DNA of 62,833 bases, counting the filler, from Hausera hauseri (Eukaryota), in NCBI GenBank assembly GCA_046269625.1. It is 10 parts of 10 records of this genome, joined end to end, with 100 filler letters (N's around TTAATTAATTAA, not from the genome) between each part and the next. Parts side by side here need not be neighbours in the genome. Positions count along the whole stretch, not along the records: positions 1 to 12,080 come from JBJURY010051107.1; positions 12,181 to 16,358 come from JBJURY010717546.1; 8 more parts are not named here. One strand, 5' to 3'. Below, in pieces: positions 1-12,867 of the stretch. The notes below the pieces were generated by a model that saw only the letters and a program-made list of their open reading frames with translations, did no database searches and was not told the DNA's origin. Within the stretch, counting starts at the first letter, position 1; each line of letters starts with the position of its first letter. The position numbers and the translations under genes are program-made.

Positions 1-1210
1 ATTGAAGTTTTTTGGCTACAACATATGCACAACATTGACAGTTAATTATTAAAGTCTCATATTGTTTTTTTCCCTTTATTGGTGAAACAATTGGGCATTT
101 TGGGATCAGATAGATAAAGGTATGTAGTATAAAGGAAGTTTATAAATAAAAAGTATTTGAACTGTGATAAAATCCCTCAACCCCCAAAAAAACTGCAGTA
201 AGGGAGAAGAAGCTGGAAGAAAAGGAAGGATGCAGGGAAGGAGGCAGAAGAGAGGGAATGTGACAGAGTGGTGACAGAGAGAGAGAGCAGGGCACTCTGT
301 ATGTGTGTGTGTTGTCTGTGTGTCAGAACTGCGTGTGTGTCTGTGCTCTTGTCCCGAGGCGCAGGCAAACATTAGCTGCATTAAGTGAGCTGACAGGTCC
401 CTCCCCATTACCACTACTGGTGGCCCAGGGAGGCAGAGAGAGACAGAGCAGGGCAAGAAATAGAAAAGACACTGTGGCTCCTACCAAATATTTGTACAAC
501 TCAAAACAAATGTGTCCTGCTGTACACATGCAGACGTGATGACATAGCTGCTTGGAAAAATATGCCTCAACGTTGGCCACAATCATGCAAAAATGGCACT
601 CTAAGGAAGCAATGATTACTGGCATAAAACACACAGGAGCCAGAAAAAGTCTAAATCCTTGTTTCACCTCATAGGCAATGCATTTTCCCTCAGTGTACAG
701 AAAAACACACTCCATGCATCATATATACTGACAGTGATTCACTGTCTCTCAGTACACACAAACACAGAAAACACAGACTCGTGTGTATGAATATGTGTAC
801 TGCTTAAATATTGATTGTTGCCTTGTCTGGGGGTCAGGGTTAAAGACCTTCTACTACTCCCAGTCTTCCAATATTCCCCCACAGCACCACCAACCCTCTC
901 TGCTACAACACGTACACAAAAATTAGTCCCTTGGGGTGCATTTCCTTTTTTAGAGCATCTTAATAGCCTAATACTATAATTACTACATTGTGCCATGTAA
1001 AATGCCTGAGCTTTCTGTTAATACCACTCAGATGGAGTGTCCTTCATCATATATACTAATACAGAAGACAGGTAGACAGATCATTACACAAGTTTAGCTA
1101 TTTTTTTTCACAGCCGAGTGGCAGGAGGTCAACTTTGTGACAACTCGGCTTCCTGAAAAAGAGCACAGAGGACAGTAATGAGATGAAGGAGGAGGATGAC
1201 AGAGGATAGC
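1..1210. other. Vertebrate (teleost-like) non-coding DNA
   Basis: Visibly higher GC than downstream DNA, few CpG, (TG)n/(GA)n tracts, no credible ORF; abrupt switch to AT-rich DNA after about 1220. Confidence 0.55.
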
Positions 1211-1254
1211 AGGTATGATGAAGACGAGCAGAAAGAGGCTAAGTGAAGAGGAAC

Positions 1255-1457
1255 CAGGTGGGGGAAGAGGATTAGTAAAAAAAGACGCACAGAAAAGAAA
1301 GAAATATGGGGATAGATACGAAGGACCATACCAAATAGTTAAATTCCTTACTCCATATCAGGTAGTATTACAATTTCCGAATAGACTCAAACCCAGGCGA
1401 ATCGAATGGTTGAAAAGAGTGACGTCAAACTATAAAACGGAGAGAGAAGGAAGTTAG
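1255..1457 (+). mobile_element. Ty3/Gypsy integrase C-terminal (GPY/F) remnant followed by a purine tract
   Basis: VKKDAQKRKKYGDRYEGPYQIVKFLTPYQVVLQFPNRLKPRRIEWLK is a GPY/F module; it ends in GGAGAGAGAAGGAAG (PPT-like). Confidence 0.75.
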
Positions 1458-1617
1458 AAAATGTGAAAATTTCTTTAAATAATGTCAGTGTTATTTTAGA
1501 AGTATAAATTGATATGGAGTCTGCTAGTTCTCTTACTAACGAAAATTATCTGGGAATAATTTATTTTAAAATTCGGTTTTGTTTAAATTTAAAATCAGTG
1601 GTTCCGGATTATCAATT

Positions 1618-1792
1618 TTCATTGTATATTTTTAAAATTGAACTGCTGGGAGTAGTTATAAAAGGGGTATAGGTCGTTTTTTTTCAAATTAAAAAATTTT
1701 CATGAGCGAGTTGTGGTGGGAAAGAGCGAATAAATTTTTTAATTTGCGGGGCCCGCCCATAACTCTCCTTTTATAACTAGTTACGGTGAGCC
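1618..1792 (+). repeat. Dispersed repeat with internal inverted repeats (copy 1)
   Basis: AGTAGTTATAAAAGGGG...CTCCTTTTATAACTAGT inverted pair; the block is homologous to the reverse complement of 26495-26680. Confidence 0.75.
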
Positions 1793-2854
1793 TTTATTTA
1801 TACTTCGTTACATGAGAGATACATACATTGGGATTAACTCAAGCTAAACTAAATCGTCAAAGAATGGTTATTAAAGCTGATATTCAGTGCATTTCTGTTT
1901 CTGGTGAATCTGTGCTATATTTTCCAAAGAATTAGAGTCAATTGTTGGGTTCACAGTTGACAAATAATGACAAAAAGAATGAAGAGATTCTGGATTCGGA
2001 TAAAAATAATAATGGGGAAAAGATTGAATGAATTGAGACAATGAAGAGAAAGGAAGATCTAGAAACTGAAAACTTTGCTGCAAACGTTCGGATCTATGAT
2101 GCACAAAGTATATTCACTTACACTTAACACATTGTTACTTTTGATTGTTTGGAGAATGGCACAAACTATATGTATGAGTGTATGCTAGATAAATTCGAAA
2201 TGTATGCGTTGGTCCAAAAACTAAACGGTGGACAAGGTCTCCCAGGAAGGGACACCCCGAAAACAATGGTCAAGAATGATGTGAAAATTAATGTTAATGT
2301 TTTTTATTTCTTAAACGTTCTGTATCCATTAAGCAACCAATAAGAAATGATAAAGAAGCTCCAAATATAAGTAATGATATTTTAGAATCAAACTTTTTGC
2401 TTAATGAAACAATTAAAATTAACAAATTATTATTATGTGAGTTAGTCCAAGATATTCAGACCAATAATGAATTAAAGAATGTGTTTTTATTCTACAGTAC
2501 ATTTATAAAAGTTACACATATATTTTAACAGATCATTTATTTACATTTGCATTATACTATAACAAATACACAGCATCATCAATAAAGACAATTGGTTTGT
2601 GTATATAATAAATTTTTGTAAGCATCTTCAAGTTGCGCGATGCTGCATAAGTGCCGTCAACACGCTGTAATTCTGTTTGAAATGTTTTAAAAATTTTTAA
2701 TGATAATTTGTTTTAATAAATTTTAAATTCACTTTCAAATTTATGTAGAGTTTGTTTCTTTGAAGGCTTTGGATAATTTATTTTTAAACTATTGAGTACT
2801 AATCACATTTTCGTAATTTTTTGAAAGAATATATATCTTAATAAAAGTTTTAGA

Positions 2855-3562
2855 ATGGAATTGAGAACTAACGATATGAATGAGTATTCTATCTGCTTAA
2901 ATAACTTGAACAACACGAGGCAAAGATTCAGCATAATACGCAGTTAGTCAGCTTTTTGATATTAAATTTACATAATCAGGTTTGCTCGATAAAGTTCAGC
3001 GCATGAATACGAATAGTAATATAAACGATACTATTGAATCTATTAGAGATATAATAAATGACGAGGATAAGATTATGGGTAAAAATGTTGAAATTATAAA
3101 TGGTAATGATATATTGAGTGAGAATTCCTATAATCTTTGCAGATTTTTTTGTAAAGGATTCTACTTGGTATTACAGAGTTGGCCAATCAGTACCGAAAAT
3201 AGTTGAGTTTAAGTTTTTTTTGATTTTTTTCATTTCCCAATAGACTTTATTCGGAACGGATGTTAAATCAAAGGAGCAAATTTTGAAATACACAGGAGTT
3301 AATCCTATTGATTTTCGAAGAGAAAAAGATATTCGCCATGTGAAACTTTCAAATGATGGAGACACTCCATCGATTATGTTCAGAGATGATTTTGAGTCAA
3401 ATATCAGTTACTGCTGTAGTAATTGGTGTGATGTTTGCCTTTTTGTGTTCAGTCTGTATTCTCGTCGGTCTCTTGATGATACCCTGAGAGCGAAAAGAGA
3501 TTTTGATAAATACAGAGAAGGTAATGAAAATCCATGCTTAACGTTTCTGTTGGGAGTGTCAG
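2855..3562 (+). CDS. AGAP/centaurin-gamma-like protein, 5' exons (N-terminal helix plus GTPase-like domain); exons 2855-2942, 2980-3078, 3143-3201, 3244-3562
   Basis: GT-AG introns of 37, 64 and 42 nt splice in frame to give ...LLDKVQ...DFFVKDSTWYYRVGQSVPKITLFG...IMFRDD...WCDVCLFVFSL...FLLG. This follows the AGAP1 pattern ([24 protein letters not shown]...LLIRDE...WVDAVIFVFSL). Confidence 0.7.
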
Positions 3563-4739
3563 GTACGAATATGTTTTTTGGAGGAATTTTGAGATATCAT
3601 TTGAATGAAATTGTGACTATTTTAATTTGAAATGGATTGTAAAATGATTCTATTTAGTTAATTAAATTTTCATGAATGGGTAGTAACACAGGCGGGAAAA
3701 TAAAATATTTCCGTTTTGATGCATTTGAAATTTGTCACATTTAAAAATTACGTTTCCTTATTGTGTTTTTATCGGTATCTCTTATTGACAAACTTAATAA
3801 CTAATATGACAAGTACATTTGTCTAAGATTACATTAATTCGGAAAAATTTGAAATTTGAATGTATTTGATTTAAAACTAATCCCACTAACATTGAATACT
3901 TTGATGAATGGGAAACGAAATGTTTCGAAAATAATCAAATTACATAATGCATGACAATTAAAAATGTGACAAAAATAGAATTTTAAATTTCAAAAATTTC
4001 CATTAACTTTTTTTAACAAATAAACATTTATTTACTGTTTTTTTTTTCTAATTTACATGTCTATGGAATTTAGTTCTACAAGTACAGCATTTGATGACGA
4101 TTAATGATTTGACAAAAAATTCCAAGCTGAACGAACAGTACGCAATGAGTGCGTCAAATGTTATATCATATGGCACTTTTTCAATTACCCCCGTAACATG
4201 CCGAGGCATTTTGAAAATTTTGTTTCGTCGTTTTTGTTATGCCAAAGTACAATGCATTTATATAATTTTTAATCGTGATCTTTCAATTTCGAACCAAGTA
4301 TTAGAACATTAAAACACGAGCGAAGGGGGGAAACTGAATAAATGCCTAATTACGTTATATTTGACAGACTTCATTGTGCTGGTAATTGAAGAGAGGCAAA
4401 ATGCCATTCAGTTATGTTTTGCGACGACGTTATAGATGATAAGTTAACATATTAAGTGAACTAAACAACTGCCGGATAATGCCAAAGCACACATTATCGC
4501 CCCATGCCCATAAAACCTGTGAACACCAATCAAATGTATAAAAGAAGAACAAAACAGTATGGTAAACAACTGAAGCATGGAAATTTCAATAAAATCGACA
4601 TTCTATCGAATATTCAGTTGTTGTTACCTTAAACAAACAAATATTGACTGATGTTATTTAATTCTACTGACTATCAATGACTTACAGCCGTGGCCAGAAG
4701 CCTGGGAACAGGACGATAAATTCAGACTATTTGATGAAC

Positions 4740-5130
4740 TTAATAAATCTTTCTCCTCAGTTATGGTGTGGGCTGGCATATGGTTCATGCAAAATGATAT
4801 CACAATCAATGGAAATGTGTATTTAGATATATTAAAAGATAAGTTACCTCCTAGAATGCACTTATTTTGTTCACGACGGTGCACCATGTCATAAAAGAAA
4901 ACAGCTACTTAATGGCTGTCTCAGCAAAATTTAGGTGGTGGGTCCTTGGCCTGGAAACTCGCCAGATCTTAGCATAATGGAGAATTGCTGGGCAACAGTA
5001 AAGCAAAAGGTTGCTGAAAAGAATCCGTCGTCTAATGATCAGTTAGTTAATGCTATTAAAGAGGCTTGGATCATGACTATAACTCGAGACTACTGCAAAA
5101 TGCTAGCAGATTCCATGTATAACAGAATTT
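4740..5130 (+). mobile_element. Tc1/mariner (DD34E) transposase remnant
   Basis: SVMVWAG...INGNVYLDIL...HDGAPCH...WPGNSPDLSIMENCW, with frameshifts and stops. Confidence 0.9.
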
Positions 5131-5346
5131 TTCTGTACATGTTGTTTTACATCTCTGTTTCCATGCGTTTGAACACGGTTGTATATTAATGAATATTGAT
5201 CGAATAAATGACAGAAAGTCTCAAAGCCCGGATTTTGTTTGCAAGATGCTATTAATCAGCAGAATTTTCTGTATTAGTGTCATGAATTTTCATGAAAACT
5301 TTGTCAAACTAACAAAGAACATGGAGGCCCTATGAAAGTTTACCAC

Positions 5347-5670
5347 AACATTTATTTGTGATTTATTAAAAATATGACAAAAATTTTAGCTACGGTAATT
5401 CGTCTGATCAACAGACTATTTAAATTTACAAATGAGAACGTTTTATGATTTACTAAATAGTGATCATCAAATCCCTTCCGAATCCACAAATATTAAATTT
5501 TGTCTAAAATATTCGTTAAATTTGTGTGTGGCTTCGTAAAGAATTTGGTGATCAGTATTTAATAAATAATAAAAAGTATTCTAATTTCTACATTTAAATT
5601 GTCTGTTTATTAAACGAATTGCCGCATCGAAAGTGTTTGCCATATTTTTAATAAATCACAAATGAATGTT
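5347..5670. repeat. Long imperfect palindrome (foldback/MITE-like), about 325 bp
   Basis: Left arm AACATTTATTTGTGATTTATTAAAAATATGACAAA matches the reverse complement of the right end; pairing continues inward for about 150 bp. Confidence 0.85.
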
Positions 5671-7828
5671 TGTTTGTCACAGTTTTGGAGTGTTCCTGGT
5701 AAGATGCCTCTCTTAGTGTATTAAATTCAACTTTCTCTCATTCGACATGGCACGTATCAAGTTTTCGGTTTATAAACCATTTTCTCATCAATTCAAGGCT
5801 TTGAAACTTTTCTTATTTTACTTTAAATGAAAGTTTAATAATATTATATGACAAATTTTATTATTGTTCTTGCCATTGGTCGTCTGGTTATAAAATGTGG
5901 CCTATTCAGCTCATCTTTGGATAACTGTACCTTGCTAAATAAAACCAAGATATTAATAAAATGTTAATTTTTTGGAATTAATACAGTAAACTTTCCGGTA
6001 CGAATATAAATCATTCTAACTCGACAGTCGATTTCCCATTGAGTTATATGAGAAATTGATAAATTTGATCCAGGGACTATCAGAAATTGGTCACATGAAA
6101 GCCAAACTCACTGAAGAATTATGAAAAATGGCGGACTTAAAATATTATTTGCATTATACAATGTTGCAAATACAGAAAGGTTAAAATATTTACATTACAC
6201 GTAAACAAGGTCCTGATTCTTTTGCTTCTTGGTAGGAGATTATGAAAATCATTTTAATGTCCTTTATTGTCTTTTTAACAGTTTTGAAATTTCAGCTGCT
6301 CTATTGACTTTTGCGGTGTTGAAGTTCCATTTCATGGCAAACTGATTGATTTCTTCTCACTTCAAACATTTCATTTATGATACTTAAAGGTACTAGTCCT
6401 TTTTGCTGTTCTCTTCCTTGTCGAACGTTTTTAATAATATTTCTATTTCTTGTTACGTGTGGATAATTTTGTCAGTCGGATTTATAATATTGTAAACAAA
6501 ATATTTCGAAAATATAATAACAGCTGGCGAATTCGTAAGTTGAGGGTCTGCTAAAAATTGGATATTGAAGGCTTAGCATTATTCGGTGGTGCGACATACT
6601 GTACTGAAAAAATATCGACGGAATTCTGCAGCATATATAAAAATCGAAATTGCAAATTTATTTTCAACGAAAATTATTTATAATTCAATATAAAATTTGG
6701 ATTTCTAAGTTAATAACAGAGAACAAAAATTGTCAATTAAAAGAATTTTTCTAATAACTACGATAAAAGAATATTTTTAATGACTTTATTTTCTACATCT
6801 CAAAATTCCTCGTACATTTGGTGCGAATCATAATCCTTTTCAGATGACGATGTTTGCCTGCATCCACAAGAAGTTAATTATATCGAAGCATTGAATGAGT
6901 CTCTGGATAAGAAATTTAATGACTTTGTTCGAATTTACCAAAATGAGGATTACATGACGACCTTTTTTTCTGACAGTGAGTCTTGTAACTCTTTATATTG
7001 ACAAGATGTGATTTAGTCATTGCATACCGGAAAAAGTTGATAGAGAAAGTAGCGTTAAAAAAAGTATTGACAAAGAACAATAGTGTGAAATTTAATGACG
7101 GATTCAAAGAGCCAACAGTATGAAAAATGTTATTTTGCTGTCGCTTTACATTGACTTTTAGGCGCCATTAAGTATTACTAAAGAATCCAGTATGTCTATG
7201 AAGGTACATTTTGAACCTTTGCGTTACCTGTACTTAATATGCCTAAATGATTATGAATATCATAAAAATTTAAATGAAATACTTTTCCATTGCTTGTTGA
7301 AATTTATAATTTTCCCTTCACTGTTCGTCAATTTCATTCGACATTCATTTCTTTGAATGAATTATTTGCCCTCGCCAAATCAAACGTTCATTTAGATTGA
7401 GTGTGCATTGGGTACATGGGGGAACGCCTTTTGACAATAAACATGATAATTACTTGTTAACTGGCACTTAGAGGATTTCATTATTATATCTAGTAACTCT
7501 TACTTTTATACACAGATTTTGATGAAATTCTGTATAGTATGTCATTTTTTTTATCCCAAATTTAAATATGTCAATTATTTGCTGTTATCCAAATTTTTCT
7601 GAGTTGTGGATAATAATTTTTGTATTATCGGTACTTCTTGCATAAGTAATACCTCAATATGAAACTAAAAAATAAAGAAAATTAGCGTGTTTTATTTAAT
7701 AAACTAATGTGCATGTCAATATTAGATATTATGCACAATTTTACAAAGGCAAATAATTTTATATTTGGAAAAGATTTTCATTCATTTGTACATGATTTGC
7801 ACATTATTTCAAGTTTGATATTGAAATA

Positions 7829-8129
7829 CAGTGGAACCTGTCTAAAGCGAATCCTGCGTAGTACGGATGCCTGAATATTACGGACATTTGCTGTGGTCCC
7901 CGGCAATTCTTGAAAGTAATGTTACAGTCGAATGTTACAGTGAAAATTCTACCAGTCAATACCACTTCTAAATTGCAACCATGTGACCTTGGAATTATCA
8001 GAGTGTCATGGACTGATACTTTTATTTAATTTTAATCACATTTCCGGGTTTTCTTCATAATCAGGACAATGGGATAATGCGGACTAGAATTATGGTCCCG
8101 AGCATATCCGAATTAGACAAGTTCCATTG
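7829..8129 (+). mobile_element. Internally deleted pogo/Tigger element
   Basis: TA-flanked TIRs CAGTGGAACCTGTCTAA.../...TTAGACAAGTTCCATTG; internal LPVNTTSKLQPCDLGII pogo DDE motif. Confidence 0.85.
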
Positions 8130-9540
8130 TAATTAAAACAGATGTCAATTTATTTCTGTATCCAAGTAATTTACTAAATATTACGACACTTTCTTCATAA
8201 GTTGTTTACCATACATGAGTACAAAGTTTGAATATACCAAACAATTGACAACTTTGTTTTACTTGTGCCATTGAAGAAAAATACTTCTCCAATATAAAGT
8301 GGTTTGTGTAAAATTTCATGAAATATCTGGTATTGATATGTTCATTAATTTATTAAATGAAGCATCGTAATTTTGTATATTCGTGTTTCACATTGGGGAA
8401 TAAATTCGGTACTTATGTCAGAAGTACTGAAAATACAAAAATTATTATTCAGAACTCACTAGGGAAGTATTCTAATAGTAGTCAATGGATTTTTAACAAA
8501 TCTGGCAGTAACATAGTACTTATCATGTTGATTATGGCTGCAAGTTAAAATGGCTTACATGGTGAAGTTACAAATTTGTAACAGATTCGATCCTAGCCAA
8601 TCATAAACATTAATTATTTTGACTAATATAAGTTGCATATAGATTTTATTATATACGCACACGGTTTTTAAATAAAATTTTTGATTTCAGAAAACACATT
8701 TCGAATTATGGGCTATTCCAAATATATTTACTTTGTTGTCCATGTTATAAAATTTTTATTCGGTAATGACGATTCGTCCCCATCATGTATGAATTTCTAT
8801 ATCCATTAATGTACACGGTGATCTGATTAAAACCAAACCAAGACGTTTAATTTCGGAAAGTCTGCACGAAAATTCAATGTGTGCGTTTGTCAAATGCTTT
8901 TCATATAGTACTTGACAATGACTGAATTCTTCAGTATTTTCCCCCTTTGTTTCTCCCTAAACTTAGGCAGCCTTTTCTCAAAAACCTATTGGACACTATT
9001 TGAATACTTCCTTAGTCAGATATTTCGGAGTAAGAGCAAAAATAATTTACATATCGACCATTTCTGCATTTAGGAGTGATGTAGTGTTCCTTGTCAGTAA
9101 ATGTAGTACAGCCACATAGATTAGAAAACTTAGAAATTTCGATATAAAAATACGTAGAAACCAAAAATACTTCGTGCAAAACAGAATTAAAAAAGGTTGA
9201 TGTGATGTGTGCACAACAGGTTTAGACTACTCAGTTATCAGACGTCAATGAGATCTGTCAGAGCATTATTTTGACATGTTTTATAATTCAGAAACAGGAG
9301 GTCAAGAGGAAAACTTCTCTGGTTTGTTAAATGCTTACAACAATGTTGTAAAGTTTCAGTTATATAAGCTTACTAGCATGTTTTGGCTTCGTTTTATCTT
9401 CTAACTTAATTATTAAAATTTATTTTTTCTTTTTGAAGAATAAAATAAATTTCCACTAAAAATTATTTTTAAATATTAGGCAAACCCGAATTTTCTCACG
9501 TTAATTATAATTGGGTATGTATGAATTATAACCTAATTTT

Positions 9541-9613
9541 AATCAAAATTTTCATATTTGTGAAACACCTTTATATATATTAAGGTGTTTCACAAATATG
9601 AAAATTTTTGATT
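9541..9613. repeat. Near-perfect hairpin, probably two DNA-transposon ends back to back
   Basis: AATCAAAATTTTCATATTTGTGAAACACCTT-(TA)n-AAGGTGTTTCACAAATATGAAAATTTTTGATT. Confidence 0.8.
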
Positions 9614-9859
9614 TTGAAAAACTTTCAAAGCTTTTCAGATGAAACTTTTTACACATGAAACAGGTACCAAAAGGTTTTTCTGTACAGTTGCAAAAAGTTC
9701 ATAATTTTTGTATATTCAATACACTTCTGTCCCATTACAATGTTATGCACATAAAACAATAACTTAATGGTAACATTTATTTGAAATAAAAATGGCTAAC
9801 TGCTTATATCAATTTAATTTACAAGATTTTACATATCTAATTAGAGCATCTGGAATTAT

Positions 9860-10260
9860 TTTCATCAGCCGATCTAAAAATCCTCTCCGAACTTTTCTGA
9901 GATTTCTGTGTCAATTTCTTTAGCATTGAAAAATTGCGCTTAACGTCCGTGTTTGTAACCGAACAGTTCCGTCCAAATCCATAAATTACTGGTCATATTG
10001 TATACATCTCTGTTCTATGAAATCTTTGATTCTACAACAGGTCTAATCCGAAACTCTGTCTAATGTTCGCAGTTTTCAATAATTTGTTGAAGTTATAGAT
10101 ATTTTTGATACACATACATCAAGTTTCTTCCAAAGTTTGGAAGTGATACAGAATTCTTGGCATTTTCTACATTTTTCAGAATCTTGAAAACTATTCACAA
10201 TTTCAGTAACTTTGTTAAAGTTGATGGCACAATAATGGAAGCTCGATCTTAGACAACTTC
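9860..10260 (-). mobile_element. hAT-like transposase C-terminal remnant
   Basis: Minus strand NCSVTNTDVKRNFSMLKKL resembles the hAT dimerisation motif T(S)xDVERSFS; many stops. Confidence 0.5.
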
Positions 10261-10511
10261 CTCATCTTGTTTTTCAATATGCAAAATTGGTATAGTCCGT
10301 GGCTTTATCCAACTCCATATGATTGGCACATAATCGACACATCCTATTGCACTCACGGTAACCAAATGTATAAAAACAGGGTTGGAGTGGAGTTCAAAAG
10401 AAGATGCGGTTTATTTGCTGAACACGTCATTTATTCGTTTGCAATGGGTTTCAATTTCAACTTTAATTCTTTATTATTTTCAGTCAGTTATTTATCAAAG
10501 AGACCATTGTT

Positions 10512-11450
10512 GTGTTAGTATTTAATTTAAAAATGAGCATCGTTATTACTTGCGTTAATTTATTACTGAATATCCAAAATGAATCAATGATTTGTGCTTT
10601 GTCAACTGCCATTTTAACGCCACGCAAAATTGCGACTTTGAATGTCGTTGTGCAGTCAATCAACAACATTGATATGGTGAATTGGGTGTGGTGATGTTGA
10701 AACTCGACCCTGCAGCGAATGTCCAGCAACATTACATGCACAAGGAACATAAAATTATTATTATAGTTACTTATGGCATGCGAGGAGTTTGCTAACTGTA
10801 CTTGTGAGACAAAAACGTTAAAGTTCCATTAGTTTCCTGCTGTCATTAGTCCTATGTTGAATGATATATAGTGAAGTTTAGTGATGAATCACGTATGTCG
10901 CAATTTCATTTCAATTCCTCCTTTGACGATGAACTGACAGACAAGGATTCAACAAAAGATTCGATCCGATTGGTTTGCACTCATTGGCATGACATTGGAA
11001 TCTATAATAGGTCAAGGTCCCTGTGATTTTCACTTTGCAAAAGAAACAGTGACTGGAGAAATACTCACACATTATGTAAAAGATTCACTTGACATGATGG
11101 TACAGGTACGATGGTGCTCTTACACACAATACCAGCACAATTTGTACATAGCTGATGACAGCCATTCTTCTTTGTATCCATATTCCAATTAAATGGAAAA
11201 CTGCTGAGCTTACTCAAAGGATATGTATTCTACATCTTTTGTTGATTTCAAAAACGGGTTTTTGATGATATGTGAGCAAGAAATATTGTCGATGATTGAT
11301 CATATCAATACATTACCGTATTGAACCATGCGTTGCAAATAAAAGTGAAAACCAAATACTGACCAGTAGGTGGGTATCCAGTATCCTTTAATGAAGTGGT
11401 TTGTCTGATTATGAATTTGCTTATGCCATGTATCAAGTTAAATTCTTTTC
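10512..11450 (+). pseudogene. Possible decayed LRR-CT/TIR receptor fragment
   Basis: Weak motifs NCTCE, GYVFYIF/DFKNG and DYEFAYA scattered among stops and frameshifts. Confidence 0.25.
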
Positions 11451-12080
11451 TTTGTTGCCAATGTTGTTAAATAATGATTATGTAAGCTTGTCAATGGTTT
11501 TAAGTAGTTTTTATTATTTCAGAGACAATCCGTTGTGTCGACTAAAATTCAATCAAGAAAGCGTTCGTCAGGTGCTTCCTCATCGGATAATGTTAGTTTT
11601 TATTTTTATTACATTTTAGGTCAATTATTTAATCCAAATAATTATCGAATTTTACCAGTGAACGTATCACAATAAATTAAATAAAAATGATATCCAACTG
11701 AACTTTTTAGAATTTTATTGTTATTCTTAAATATGAAAGAGCTGACGACGACTGTAATTTCAAATACAAAATGTGAGACCACTGCTCACTGACAAAATCA
11801 CACAGAAGCATTTCATCTCCCTTACCTCAGAAATAAGAGCGTGAATCAAAGAAAATAAACGAAAATAAGACACAAATTTACCTGATTTCTAAGCAAAGCC
11901 TACCCAAATTGTAGGTCAAGTAGGTGAGATGAATGCTAGTCCCACTAATTCTGCAAATACTTAAATTTTCACAAAGGTTTTCTGCTGGGTAAAACAAATT
12001 TGATATAAAAACTAACTCCTTGTTCTATTTATTCATTGTTAACTGTCTATAATTTTTCATTTTTAACTTTTTAAAAATGT

Positions 12081-12180
12081 NNNNNNNNNNNNNNNNNNNN
12101 NNNNNNNNNNNNNNNNNNNNNNNNTTAATTAATTAANNNNNNNNNNNNNNNNNNNNNNNNNNNNNNNNNNNNNNNNNNNN
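12081..12180. other. Artificial contig spacer (N44-TTAATTAATTAA-N44)
   Basis: Identical 100-bp spacer occurs 9 times; TTAATTAATTAA puts stop codons in all six frames. Confidence 0.99.
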
Positions 12181-12867
12181 TTGGATCATACCGTGAAGCG
12201 AGAGGTCGTCGAATCCGCTGTGTTCTGCTACCAAACTGTTCAAATGTGCACTCATCGGTGCACATGATATTTTCCCAATTTGTGGCAGTTAAATGAACGT
12301 ATAGCCTAGCAAAATCTAGCTTTTGCGCGGACATATCTGCGGGTAACATCGGCTTTCTGGCTGGGCGATAACTTCTAAGATTCATATAGATGAAAAGTCG
12401 AAATGAAGTGGTGCTGATGCTAACATGATTCCCAGATGCTTGTCATTTTTAGTCATGTTTGGTAAACTTTCCTTAGGATTAGCCGTAATAAATCTCTTCA
12501 GGACTCGACAATCACGAACAGACATTTTTCTGGTACGTCCTGACTGCTGAGCATCCGTGAAAGTTCCCATCACTGTGTGCTTCTTAAGTGCTTGATAAGC
12601 AGCTGTCTTAATAATTTTTAAGTTTTTGATATGGATCGTTGAGACATCCCAGTTCCAGATAAAACAACAACTCGTGTTCTAGTAGTAACAGAAATAGAAG
12701 CTTTTTACCCATTAGCAATCTAAAAAAGATTAAAATAATATGATGCAAAACTATCAATTTGTAGCTAATCTATTTACACGTTTATTTATTCTGAGAATAT
12801 AAGAATTGTAACAATTTTCTCATAATTTTAAGTTGTCATACAGTGGTCTTAAACTTTTGCAAGACTG
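12181..12867 (-). mobile_element. Tc1 element, 5' half (TIR, HTH, first catalytic D)
   Basis: TA-CAGTCTTGCAAAAGTTTAAGACCACTG TIR; GRTRKMSVRDCR...RSYRPARKPML...WENIMCTDECTF. Confidence 0.92.

Noticed and set aside
106-1329. Short ORFs in the first 1.3 kb
   Set aside because: Low-complexity translations of microsatellite-rich non-coding DNA.
1645-1670. AGTAGT at 1650 as a Polinton terminus
   Set aside because: Homology with the 26495-26680 copy extends beyond it on both sides, so it is internal to another repeat.
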